From Octopus sinensis (Eukaryota), in contig NC_042998.1 in the NCBI RefSeq assembly GCF_006345805.1, positions 17,856,001 to 17,920,000 on the forward strand: 64,000 bases of DNA. Reading direction: 5' to 3'. The notes beneath the pieces were generated by a model. The model did not search any database. It worked only from the letters and a program-made list of their open reading frames with translations, and was not told where the DNA came from. Of the stretch, positions 1-12,405 are shown one piece after another. Position numbers and translations under genes: made by a program. Within the stretch, counting starts at the first letter, position 1. Every line of letters starts with the position of its first letter.

Positions 1-524
1 ACGCACGTGAATATAAGGTTGTACGTGTGTGTGTGTTTGTAAGTGTTAGTGTGTGCGTGCCCACATGTGTGTATGTGTGTACGTGTATGTGTGTGCATGT
101 GTGTGTGTGTATGTTTGCATGTGTGAACGTTTGCGTATGGTTACAAATCTATAATGCGAACGTCTCTTAATTTCATATTACTAAACATGTTCAATTCTTC
201 TTTCATTCTTTTTTTTATTTTATTTTATTAATATTATTATTTTTTTGTTTTTGGTTTCTTCTATGAACTATAAATAGATTATTGAACAAATACAAAGTAC
301 CATCTTCTCATAAATGGTAATCGTTACAGCTGAGATCAAAGGGGCCGCCATGGTGCTTTTCTTCATTACTGTTACATCCGTGCTCTTTTACCGGGAAGCA
401 GCACGTTCCTGTTAGTAACTGAAATGGTAGGAAATAGAAACTGTAGACATCTCTGCGAAGGTCAGGAAAGAGAGAATGGAACGGCACAGCCATGAATATA
501 CGATAATGGTACCGAAGGTGACGT

Positions 525-539
525 TGTTGTTGTTGTTGC

Positions 540-574
<35 letters not shown>

Positions 575-756
575 ATCATGATATTGATGTCAAATTTGAT
601 ATTTATGCCGACGATGACGATAAAGATTATGTCGACGGTGGAGGTCACGGTGGTGGTGGTGGTGGTGGTAATCTTGACGATGTTGGTGGCGACGGCAAAA
701 CTGCCTTTGATCTTTTGAATGAGTACTGTTCTTCATATAGTGCGGTGTGTGTGTGT

Positions 757-845
<89 letters not shown>
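525..845. repeat. (TTG)/(GAT)/(GGT)n, then (AT)n and (GT)n
   Basis: Direct reading. Confidence 0.9.
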
Positions 846-1018
846 ATACCGCATTTCAACGTGTATAAGGAACCCCTTTTTTGTGTCAAAAATTAGGTTT
901 AAAAATATGGGAGTTTCTTATGGATAGTATTATAATCCTTTAGAAAAGCTTTTTTCCAAATTTTAAGCCCCCAAAATTAAGGGGTTCCTTATGCATGAGG
1001 GTTCTTTATACACGTATA
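846..1018. mobile_element. Degenerate pogo-type MITE
   Basis: TACCGCATTTCAACGTGTATAAGGAACCC ... GGTTCTTTATACACGTATA. Confidence 0.45.
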
Positions 1019-1374
1019 TACATATATGCATACACACACATATACAGTATAATTATACAGTATACATATATACATATATATATATATACACATATATACA
1101 CCTGAAGATTGTCGATCAAGACAAGAAACGATTGTAGTGGCGGTTTTTTTGACTATTTATTAAAATTTTATGTTTTGATTAAGTCTTTCCTTGTTTGTTT
1201 TGCAAAATAGTGGTTTTGTCTCTAATAATATTTTATAATATTTTACTATAAAATTGGATTTAATCCTAAATCTGATTTTTTCCCTGTAAATTTTGATTTA
1301 TTCCCTAATATTTATTATTATTATATATACACATATATATACAGTATAAATACAGTATATACATACATATATGT

Positions 1375-1405
<31 letters not shown>

Positions 1406-1423
1406 TATATATGCATACATATA

Positions 1424-1625
1424 TAGGGAGAGTTTACGAAAAAAACAAAAGACGAAGACTAGTGGTGTACAAAACAAACAGATGTATAAGTATAACGCTC
1501 AGGAATGGAAAAAGTCTTTTACGTTTCGAGCCTACGCTCTTCTACAGAAACGGACACAGAAAAAAAACCAGGAAAGAAACAAGGAGAGAAAAAGTGTGTA
1601 GTGGCTAACGACCAATCATGGCGAC
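1424..1625 (-). mobile_element. Short PLE-terminus-like repeat with variant HHR-like motif (CUGUAGA core)
   Basis: Minus strand UUU-CUGUAGA-AGAGC-GUAG-GCUC-GAAACGUA-AAAG; second copy at 26488-26655. Confidence 0.6.
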
Positions 1626-1673
<48 letters not shown>

Positions 1674-2032
1674 TATATATATATATATATATACGCACAC
1701 CCCACATACATTATTACACGTATACGTAGAAGTATACATACATGGAAACATACATACATACATGCATGCATGCATATATGTACGTACATGTGTATATACG
1801 TATGTATATGTATGTTTTATATATGCATTCTCATGCATATAGTTGCATATCTAGACAAGCGCATTGCAAGTCAAATGTGTGAGTGGAACAGTAAACATCT
1901 GCAAGACATTTCTCAAGTTACAAAGTGTATTTGTCTGTGTTAACAACATCCTAAAGATGTAGCCTTGCATTTTTATTGGAAACCGGCTCCTTCCTGGGTG
2001 GAAGATTTATAATAATCAAAAAAATAGAAGAG

Positions 2033-2090
2033 ACATACATACATACATACACCGTATATACATACATACATACATACATACATACATACA

Positions 2091-2124
<34 letters not shown>

Positions 2125-3373
2125 CGTACATACAAACGTACATACATACGTACGTACGTACATAGAAACATACAAACATACATACATACATACGTACATA
2201 CAAACGTACATACAAACAAATGTACGTACATACAAACATACAAACATACATATATGCATACATACATACATACATACATACATACATGCATACATACATA
2301 CATGCATACATACATACATGCATACATACATACGTACGTACGTACATAGAAACATACATACATACATACATACGTACATACTTACATACATACATACATC
2401 ATACATACATACATAAATACATACATACATACATACATACATGCATACATACATACATGCATACATACACACATACATACATGCATACATACATACATGC
2501 ATACATACATACGTACGTACGTACATAGAAACATACATACATACATACATACGTACATACTTACATGCATACATACATACGTACGTACGTACATACATGC
2601 ATACACACATACATACATACGTACGTACATACATGCATACACACATACATACATACGTACATACATACGTACATACATACATACATACATACATGCATAC
2701 ATACATACATACGTACATACATACATGCATACATACATACATACATACATACATACATACATACATACATACATACATACATACATACATACATACATAC
2801 ATACATACATACATACATACATACATACATACATACATACATACATACATACATACATGCATACATACATACATACATACATACGTATATACAAACGTAC
2901 ATACATACGTACGTACGTACATAGAAACATACGTACATACAAACAAACGTACGTACATACAAACATACATACATGCATGCATACATACATACATGCATAC
3001 ATACATACATGCATACATACATACATACATACGTACGTACGTACATAGAAACATACATACATACATACATGCATACGTACATATATGCATACGTACATAC
3101 GTACGTACGTACATACATACATACATACCTACATACGTACGTACGTCCGTACATACATAGATACATACATACATACATACATACATACATACATACATAC
3201 ATGCATACATACATACATACATACGTACGTACGTACATAGAAACATACATACATACATACATGCATACGTACATATATGCATACGTACATACGTACGTAC
3301 GTACATACATACATACATACCTACATACGTACGTACGTCCGTACATACATACATACATACATACATACATACA

Positions 3374-3406
<33 letters not shown>

Positions 3407-3420
3407 GCATACATATTTCC
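2033..3420. repeat. (ATAC)n microsatellite array with variants and an internal ~192-bp duplication
   Basis: Direct reading; catagaaac landmark at 3044 and 3236. Confidence 0.97.
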
Positions 3421-3436
3421 GTATACACAGACATAC

Positions 3437-3549
3437 CAAAAGTAGGTAGAGATCCCTTATGCTGTTCTATCTGTGCGGACACAACCTGGTGCCTCAAACT
3501 TGTTAATGTTTAATGCGCAGCGACGTCTACTAAATGCTTGATTGAGTAT
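3437..3549 (-). pseudogene. Probable next protease exon, frame-disrupted (in-frame TAA, or small indels)
   Basis: Acceptor gcacttag| in phase 2 and donor TTTG|GTATGT; two frames combine to YSIKHLVDVA / ALNINKFE / [11 protein letters not shown], resembling the G.HNI..LEG.EQ....KII.H segment that follows AAHC in trypsins. Confidence 0.45.
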
Positions 3550-3782
3550 CTAAGTGCAACAAATAACATTATTTTGCTTATCGAAATAAATATTTTAAAA
3601 ATATTATTTCTCGAGATAACTCAGTGAGCGAGTGTGTGTATGTGTGTATGTGTGTATGTGTGTACGTGCGCGTGTTTGTGCGCGTGAGCGCGTTTGATCG
3701 TCATTATATCCAACATAATGTGGACGCTTTAGTAAAACACGAGGTTCTGCAGTATTCGCCTCGAGAGGTCCATTCGTATACC

Positions 3783-4014
3783 TATTTCTTTATTACCTAC
3801 AAGGGGCTAAACATAGAGGGGACAAACAAGGACAGACATAGGTATTAAGTCGATTACATCGACCCCAGTGCGCAACTGGTACTTAATTTATCGACCCCGA
3901 ACGGATGAAAGGCAAAGTCGACCTCGGTGGAATTTGAACTCAGAACGTAACGGCAGACGAAATACCGCGAAGCATTTCGCCCGGCGTGCTAACGTTTCTG
4001 CCAGCTCGCCGCCT
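3783..4014 (-). mobile_element. SINE family B (GGCGGCGAGCTGGCAG head; central GCCTTTCATCCTTTCGGGGTCGATAAATTAAGTACCAG, Meta/MESC-like from memory)
   Basis: TSD TTCGTATACC. Confidence 0.9.
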
Positions 4015-4020
4015 TTCGTA

Positions 4021-4536
4021 TACCGTAAATCCTCGAGTATAGTCCGCCCTTGAGTATAATACGCAAGGGATTTCTGAGGAGTCTGTACCTCTGAAAAGCC
4101 TAAATGTTGTGTATAATACGCACACCTTCTTTAACTTGAGTCAAGGGGGTCTATATAACGTCCTTGGTTTGTAAAAATGTATACGGTAACGTCCTTTATT
4201 ATTATTGTATATATAACATAATGCAAACGTGTAGCTTTTTTGTGCATTTTATTTGCAGAAAATAAAGAAATAACAGTAATAACGTTTAATAAATGTTGCT
4301 TACTGCAAGTTATGGATGATTCTCTTAAGACTTCATTGCTTTTAGGCTTAGCTTGAGGTATTTTCGCGCCCGACATCACAAAATGCGTCTGAATAAACAT
4401 TGCCGGACAGCAAATAGAGACTCAGACATTGCTTAGAAAACAATTTTCATTTTTAACCTCGTATATAGTACGCACTTGTGACTTTGACCTTTAAATTTTG
4501 GGAAAAATATGCGGATTATACACGAGGATTTATGGT
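4021..4536. mobile_element. pogo/Tc1-type MITE
   Basis: TIR TACCGTAAATCCTCGAGTATA / TTATACACGAGGATTTATGGT. Confidence 0.65.
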
Positions 4537-4772
4537 TGACGTGTGGTGCGTAATAGCAAAGACAACGAATCGCAGCGGACGAAAATCATCTGGCGTGGGA
4601 ACGTATGCTACGATATATGTCTGTGTTTTTATGCACCATGCGTCTATGTGAGAGAACTGTCAAAGTCGAACACCGCAGTATTCAGCGTTCTAGCAAAACA
4701 TCCATGTGAAGCTGGCTATAAAGACTGCCCTTGGGTAGTAACTCTCTTTCCATCGCTTATATTTATATATGA

Positions 4773-5167
4773 CTAGCAGTATCGCCCGGCGTTGCTCGGG
4801 TTTGTAAGGGAAATAACTATATAAGCATTTTTTAGAGAGTTATAGCCAAAAAATAGCAAAAAAATGCATTAAAAATGGAAAAAAATGATGGTAATTTTTT
4901 TTAATCGTTGACTCATCGTAGACATTTTTAGAGAGTTACGTCCCTTATATAATATCGAAAAAATGCATTAAAATGGAAAAAAATGATGGTAATTTTTTTT
5001 TTAAATCGTAGACTCATCGTAGACGCGCGCTAATACCCAGAAGAGGTCGATATGAATCACTACTATAAGATACCCGGTTTTGGTTAAACTGCACCGCAAA
5101 ATGTGGGAGTAGTTAGGAATCTAAATCGTAGGAGACAGACACACAACTTGACTTTTATATATAAAGA
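4773..5167 (-). mobile_element. Non-autonomous Helitron
   Basis: A|TC start, hairpin CCCGAGCAACGCCGGG, CTAG|T end; near-identical to 44283-44677; internal ~95-bp duplication. Confidence 0.85.
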
Positions 5168-5226
5168 TTATGTTTTCGGTATTATAACGAAACTATGAAT
5201 ACATAAATTATTATTAATCTACTCAC

Positions 5227-5398
5227 CCATACACACAATGCGCTGCAGTAAGGATCCAGCTTGGGTGAACGAGTACTCCACCACATCGATGCGATGGTGG
5301 ATCGGTTAGTACCTGCAAGGAAACCTGCCAGGGCCAAGTTCCTTCTGCTGCTGGGCCTCCACCGATTATGAAAGGGCTTATTGAGTAACCACAGGAAC
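5227..5398 (-). CDS. Trypsin-family (S1) serine protease exon: [58 protein letters not shown] (activation site and catalytic His motif)
   Basis: Hand translation; acceptor ttcacatctag| and donor GG|GTGAGT; 172 nt, phase 1 to phase 2; IIGG, WPWQVSL, CGGVL and TAAHC motifs; phase-compatible with exon 20687-19923. Confidence 0.93.
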
Positions 5399-5950
5399 CT
5401 AGATGTGAAAATTAGAAAGTGTGTCTTTAAAACCTTATTCAAAATTTCAGAGGTAAATTATTTTTTTCATTTTCAAATTGTATAAGTCATTGGACTGCCG
5501 TGATTCTGAGGCACCGCCTTGAAGGGTTTTAGTCGAACGAATCAACCCCAGTATTTAAAGCGGTTTTAAAACTTGGTACTCATTCTTAGTTGAACAGCTA
5601 CGTTATGAGGATGTTAACTAACTAACACCGGTTGTCAACAGTGGGTGGGACAAACATAAAGAAAGACATACATATAGATACATATACATTTATATATTTA
5701 TATACACACACACACATATATTTGTATGTATGTATATAGGCGCAGGAGTGGCTGTGTGGTAAGTAGCTTGCTTACCAACCACATGGTTCCGGGTTCAGTC
5801 CCCTGCGTGGCATCTTGGGCAAGTGTCTTCTGCTATAGCCTCGGGCCGACCAAAGCCTTGTGAGTGGATTGGTAGACGGAAACTGAAAGAATCCTGTCGT
5901 ATATATGTAATATATATATATATATATTATATATTATATATATATATATA

Positions 5951-6742
5951 GGTTATCAGTAACAATATAGGGTGAAATTAATTATTTGGAATAATTATTA
6001 ATTACCCAAGTAGATTCGCATGTAAAAGACTCATTTGTCTGTGTTTGCCTTTCAAGTGCTGTTTTTACTGAGATCTCCCTTTTAGTAGAAAGAATAGCTA
6101 TAACTCTTTGACTGCTATTTCTAAATTCGGTGTGTGTGAGGCAATTCGTTGCTAAACCCTTAATTGCTTAGTATTACTTAAATTTTCCTCGAATGAGGCT
6201 ACATTTTACATGAAATCTACTTGTGTATTAATAATTATTCCAAATTAATTAATTTCACCTATATTGTTACTGATAACCATATTCATCCCAGTAAATGACG
6301 CATCTTGTCTTGGCTACACGCGGTGGGAAGGTGGTGGTGACACACAACTTTCATTCACACTTTGAATTTGGTGATACTGTAACGGCTTTTAGCTCGCTCT
6401 AATACTGAGTTGAGATGATGCCTTCTAGTATCTCGATTTAATATACAATTATTCATAATTGTGTATCCTACGCTGATGAGAAAGATTGGTAAGATATAAT
6501 TATCTAATCTTATGCTTTCCTAAAACTTAATTTCGAAACGTACGTCCGTAGGTGACTTAAAATTGTATGATAGATTGCCTCATTTCATTCTCTCTTACCT
6601 GTCTGTGTTTGCCTTTCAAGTGCTGTGTTTTTACTGAGATCTCCCTTTTAGTAGAAAGAATAGCTATAACTCTTGACTGCTATTTCTAAATTCGGTGTGT
6701 GGTGAGGCAATTCGTTGCTAAACCCTAATAGTGCTTAGTATA
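5951..6742 (+). mobile_element. Non-autonomous HHR-bearing element with Penelope-type architecture, inserted in the (TA)n of a SINE
   Basis: 5951-6035 is an inverted copy of 6192-6278; direct repeats 6036-6174 and 6600-6741 (period 564 nt) flank the HHR; no ORF. Confidence 0.8.
6467..6552 (+). ncRNA. Type I hammerhead ribozyme motif, canonical core
   Basis: Helix I CCUACG(6467-72)/CGUAGG(6547-52); CUGAUGA 6473-79; long AU-rich stem II closed by GAAA/UUUC; GAAAC-GUAC-GUC with palindromic stem III; predicted cleavage after C6546. Confidence 0.85.
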
Positions 6743-6819
<77 letters not shown>

Positions 6820-7598
6820 TATGTTTGTGTTCTGTGTTTGTCCCTTTAGCATTGCTTGACAACCGGTGCTGGTGTGTTTACGTCCCCGTCACTTAGCGGT
6901 TCGACAAAAGAGACCGATAGAATAAGTACTGGGCTTACAATGAATAAGTCCCGGGGTCGATTTGCTCGACCAAAGGTGGTGCTCCAGCATGGCCGCAGTC
7001 AAATGACTGAAACAAGTAAAAGAGTATACATACATGCACAAACACGACGGGCTTTTCCTCAGTCAGTCAAATAACCTCACCAAGGTTTGGTTAGCCTGAT
7101 GCTATAATGGATGACACTCGGTCAAGTTGACATCCAGTGAGACTGAAACCGGAACCATGTGATTGGGAAGTGAAGTTCTTATCACACAGCCATGCCTGTG
7201 CCTAAATTGAAACATTTCTTATCAGTCTTTAAGCATCTGTCTGTCTTTGTTTTGATGCGCAGTAAGTTTGTTCTCAGTACTTGACAAGCTGTAGCTGTCA
7301 GCAGAAGTGTTATAACCAGTTAAAGATTATATTTAAACAAATCGTATTAATCATTCAAAACATTCGCTTAAACAGTGTGTTTAAAATGTCATCGACTTCT
7401 GTAAACGAATAATTTGATATATTTAAAGATGTTACAAGATACTTCAGATTCCGTGTCTTTTACGCCTAAACGAGAAGATTCATAAATTTATCATTTTCCA
7501 GCTTTAATTAAGCACTGTGTTAAACATAAAGCAAATGAGAAAATACACGAACAGCAGCCATCGTATCATTTGTTATCCGGTATCAGATTATGTTTTAA

Positions 7599-8212
7599 GA
7601 CGGTGAGCCGGCAGAAACGTCGGCACGCCGGGCGAAATGCCCAGCGGTATTTCGTATGCCGTTACGTTCTGAGTTCAAATTCCACCGAGGTCGACTTTGC
7701 CTTTCATCCTTTCGAGGTCGATTAAATAAATACCAGTTACGCACTGTGGTCGATATAATCGACTTAAACCGTTTGTCCTCTCTATGTTTAGCCCCTTGTG
7801 GGCAATAAAGAACTAAGAAACATTGGCACGCCGGGCGAAATGTTTAGCGGTATTTCGTCTGTCTTTAAATTCTGAGTTCAAATTCCACCGAGGTCGACTT
7901 TGCCTTTCATCCTTTCGAGGTCGATTAAATAAGTACCAGTTACGCACTGTGGTCGATATAATCGACTTAATCCGTTTGTCTGTCCTTGTTTGTCCTCTCT
8001 GTGTTTAGCCCCTTGTCGGTAATAAAGAAATAGGTATTTCGTCAGCCGCTATGTTCTGAGTTCAAATTTCGCCGAAGTCGACTTTACCTTTCATCCTTTC
8101 GGGGTCGATAAATAAGTACCAGTTACGCACTGGGGTCGATATAATCAACTTAATCCGTTTGTCAGTCCTTGTTTGTCTCGTCTATGTTTAGCCCCTTGTG
8201 GGCAATAAAGAA

Positions 8213-8215
<3 letters not shown>
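7599..8215 (+). mobile_element. SINE family B tandem trimer
   Basis: Three ~190-210 bp units; junctions re-enter the head internally. Confidence 0.9.
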
Positions 8216-8261
<46 letters not shown>

Positions 8262-8701
8262 TACACACACATACACAATATAAGTGAGCTATACCAAAAC
8301 TCCTCCACACTGAGGTACTGAAGTCAAAACTTTGTACCGGGGAATCTGCTTACCACACAGCCATACCTGAGATTCTATACACTTCCTATAATTTCTATAA
8401 TGCTCATGTCGCTTACAGAAATATGAGAGAATTATTAATCTATCATGGTGATTAACTTCTTTATGTGATGATAGGATGTATTAAAGAGTGCGGATTAATT
8501 GAGTCAATCGTCCAGATTATATCCACACTAAAGTATATTATTGAATTTAGAGGCCCGCAGGATTTTAAGATAAGACATGCAAAAAGGTTGGTAAATGGGC
8601 CCAGTGGTATGCTTCGCCACAAGTTTGTTTTCTCATAATTTTCAGTGAAATAAATGTTTTGAATGAAATTTTCTACAAATATTTTTTAGAGCATTTTTAT
8701 A

Positions 8702-9110
8702 GGCACAGGAGTGGCTTTGGGGTAAGTATCTTGCTTACCAACCACATGGTTCCGGGTTCAGTCCCACTGCGTGGCACCTTGAGCAAGTGTCTTCTACTAT
8801 AGCCTCGGGCCGACCAAAGCCTTGTGAGTGGATTTGGTAGACGGAAACTGGAAGAAGCCCGTCGCATATATATATATGTATATATATACGTATGTGTGTG
8901 TATATGTTTGTGTGTCTGTGTTTGTCCCCCCAACATCGCTTGTCCACCGATGCTGGTGTGTTTACGTTCCCCTAACTTAGCGGTTCGGCAAAAGAGACCG
9001 ATGGAATAAGTACTAGGCTTACGAAGAATAAGTCCTGGGGTCGATTTGCTCGACTAAAGGCGGTGCTCCAGCATGGCCGCAGTCACATGACTGAAACAAG
9101 TAAAAGAGAG
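8702..9110 (+). mobile_element. SINE family A, full length
   Basis: Head, (TA)/(TG)n and tail match other copies. Confidence 0.9.
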
Positions 9111-9480
9111 TGTGCAGTTTACAATGAAATCGCATTTAACGTAAAATAATGGTGGCTACATACGCATGCGTAAAGACAAATCATTTTTTTCCCAAAATTT
9201 CAAGTTATATCATGGAAATATATATTAATAACGTGTCTCTCTATCTATGTGTGCACGGATACCAATGTTTGTTCTACATCAAATTCCAGTATAATCGTCA
9301 ACTGAACAATCTGCAAGGTATTTCTAGATATTTCCATTTAAACATACTCGTTTTTATTCCAGTTATGTGGAAAAATTACAGACTCCTGTGAATTATCCGA
9401 AAACCTTTCCCTTTCCGAAAAAAATTTTTTCCCAGTAAAATCCGATATAATCGTTATCTACATCATCTGAAACGTATACT

Positions 9481-9689
9481 CTTTTTACTCTTTTACTTGT
9501 TTCAGTCATTTGACTGCGGCCATGCTGGAGCACCGCCTTTAGTCGAGCAAATCGACCCAAGGACTTATTCTTTGTAAGCCTAGTACTTATTCTATCGATC
9601 TCTCTTGCGGAACCGCTAAGTTATGAGGACGTAAACACACCAACATCGGTTGTCAAGCGATGCTGGGGGGGGGGGACAAACACAGACAG

Positions 9690-9727
<38 letters not shown>

Positions 9728-9873
9728 AACGGGCTTCTTTCACTTTCCGTCTACCAAATCCCCTCACAAGGCTTTGGCTATAGTAGAAGACACTTGCCAA
9801 AGGTGCCACGCAGTGGGACTGAACCGTGAACCTTGTGGCTGGTAAGCAAGTTACTTACCACACAGCCACTCCT
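9481..9873 (-). mobile_element. SINE family A, full length
   Basis: Reverse complement of family consensus. Confidence 0.9.
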
Positions 9874-10164
9874 GTATGTATGAAAAATTTCGTAAAAATT
9901 ATCTATGTTTCTTAAAGTTACGCGGGAACAAAGTCGGTGGAGCACAGTCGTGTAGGCATACCAGTAAATGTTATTAGTATGTTACCCCAACTAATCGGGA
10001 AATGTGTGTTCAGTTAGATGTTTATCTTCTTCATCATTTTAAAGTTTGGTAAGGGCATAAAAAATTTGGCTTATTGAGGAAAACAAATAACATCCTAACA
10101 CGCCATTATCTTAGAAAATTACTATTTGTAAATCTCGCAACGAGAGATATTCAGCAACAATACT

Positions 10165-10249
10165 TTGGAGTAAGGATTATTTGCCAACATATCATGGCAG
10201 TACTAAACCAGGACTACCATGTTATGTTGGCAAATAATCTTTGCTCCAA
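10165..10249. other. Isolated ~37-bp stem hairpin, pre-miRNA-like
   Basis: TTGGAGTAAGGATTATTTGCCAACATA.CATGG.AGT [11-nt loop] ACT.CCATG.TATGTTGGCAAATAATCTTTGCTCCAA. Confidence 0.45.
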
Positions 10250-10606
10250 CGTCTTTATCTATTTATCAAATCTTAAACTCATTCTCCACTGCATGGGCCC
10301 ATTCGATTTTTAATCAATTTGAAAGCCACTTTCCACAAAATTTAAAGTGGCCTTTCTCAAATTTGCAATCAAATTAACGTTAAGTGGATTTTTCTTAATT
10401 ACAGGCATGATTTATAGGTCATCAGAATTGCATTCAGCATGATAATCCAGACTTAACAAAACATGGGAAATTTTCTTATGTCAGTATTAAGAAGGCACAG
10501 TTACTCAAACACATATTAACTAGGTATATAAATGGTTTCTCTGGAAGACCGATAACTATGTGAAATTTAAGCGATTAATAATAATAATCCTTTCTAACAA
10601 AGAAGG

Positions 10607-10995
10607 CACAAGGCCTGAAATTTGTGGTGAGGGGTATAATCGATTACATCGACCCCAGTTCTCATCTACTGCTTATTTCATCGAGTCCGAAATGATGAAA
10701 GGTAAATTCGACCACGGTGGAATTAGAACTCAGAACGTAAAGACGGATGAAATACCTATTTCTTTATAACCCACAAGGGGCTAAACACAGAGAGGACAAA
10801 CAAGGACAGACAAACAGATTAAGTCGATTATATCGACCCCAGTGCGTAACTGGTACTTATTTAATCGACCCCGAAAGGATGAAAGGCAAAGTCGACCTCG
10901 GCGGAATTTGAACTCAGAACGCAGCGGCGGACGAAAGACCACAAAGCTTTTCGCCTGGCGTGCTAACGTTTCTACCAGCTCACCATCTTAATAAT

Positions 10996-11043
<48 letters not shown>

Positions 11044-11055
11044 CATGATGATGAC

Positions 11056-11091
<36 letters not shown>

Positions 11092-11335
11092 AATAATAAT
11101 AATAATAATAATCATGATGATGATGATGATAATAATAATAATAATTATAATTATATTATATTATAATCATAATAATAATAATGATAATAATAATAATTTT
11201 TAATATAGGCCAATGGCCTAGATTTTGTGGGGATCACATCGACCCAAGTACTCAACTGGTACTTAATTTATCGACCCCGAAAAGATGAAAGACAAAGTCA
11301 ACCTCGGCGGAATTTGAACTCAGAACATAGTGTGC
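10607..11335 (-). mobile_element. SINE family B units (10607-10980 dimer; 11205-11335 old)
   Basis: Match to family; separated by (AAT)/(GAT)n. Confidence 0.75.
10990..11200. repeat. (AAT)n/(GAT)n compound microsatellite
   Basis: Direct reading. Confidence 0.95.
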
Positions 11336-11354
11336 CTGTCGTGCTCACCACCTA

Positions 11355-11401
<47 letters not shown>

Positions 11402-11674
11402 TAAAGTGAAACCAAAATACTGGTGGTTTGAATACATTTAATACGCAAGTTTCAAATCATTATGCAACAGAGAAGGAATTTATCTCTTACAAGTTATCTT
11501 CCTCATTTAAGATGTGTGTGTACGACTCGTAAGTCATTACAAGCTAGCCAGTTTGTACTCCGTTTACCCAGATACTCTAACAAGTGTTTTGGGTAGTTCG
11601 TTCATCTAGATCCGAGTTCGAAAATTGAAGCAACGAGTTATTGTGCGCGTGTGTGTGAGAGGGAGAGAGAGAGG

Positions 11675-11715
<41 letters not shown>

Positions 11716-11989
11716 TGAGAGGAGGCTATATTGGTTTGACCTTCATGGATGATGTCTTTTTTTTAAATAGGTTACCGTGTGATATTCGGCGACGTCCCTT
11801 TTTTACACACATCAATATTGTTATTCATAACTTATTCATAGTCAACGAGGAATAAATAATTTCCAGTGAATTACTAGATTTCAGTATATTGACATATCTC
11901 GCCAATCATTACGAATATTTTGTCAATATTTAATATCTATTTTTAATATACGTACATATAATCAATCTCTATCACGATCAACCATCCTC

Positions 11990-12057
11990 TGAATATATAT
12001 ATATATGTATGTATATATATATATATATCTATATATATATATATATAATTATATATA

Positions 12058-12093
<36 letters not shown>

Positions 12094-12332
12094 TATATAT
12101 ATATATGTATGTATGTATGTATATATATATATATATTATATATATATATATATGTATGTATGTATATATATATATTATATATATATATATACATACATAT
12201 ATATATCATATATATATATATATGTATGCATATATGTATGTATATGTATATATGTATATATATATATATATATACTATATATATATAATATATATATGTA
12301 TATATGTACGTATGTATATGTATGTATGTATG

Positions 12333-12400
<68 letters not shown>

Positions 12401-12405
12401 ATATA
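11990..12405. repeat. (AT)n/(ATGT)n array
   Basis: Direct reading. Confidence 0.95.

Larger units (their letters stand above)
5738..7025 (+). mobile_element. SINE family A (tRNA-like head, internal microsatellite, conserved tail ending AAACAAGTAAAAGAG), expanded by nested HHR element
   Basis: Head GGCGCAGGAGTGGCTGTGTGG..GGTTCAGTCC at 5738; tail 6815-7025. Confidence 0.85.

Noticed and set aside
301-420. Candidate minus-strand exon with GGP-like codons (possible further protease exon)
   Set aside because: Plausible acceptor, but stops in the required phases, a weak donor and no DIAL or GDSGGP motif
412-889. His-, Met- and Pro-rich ORFs
   Set aside because: Degenerate trinucleotide microsatellite, interrupted by stops
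1850-1995. Candidate minus-strand exon faintly resembling NDIALLxL..V
   Set aside because: Phase mismatch, stops, similarity too weak
1951-3513. ORFs of up to 487 aa
   Set aside because: (ATAC)n artefacts
5182-5442. Listed 86-aa ORF
   Set aside because: Wrong frame of the real protease exon
7599-8215. CRISPR-like or satellite array (also 43360 and 47901)
   Set aside because: Units are SINE multimers without unique spacers; eukaryotic context
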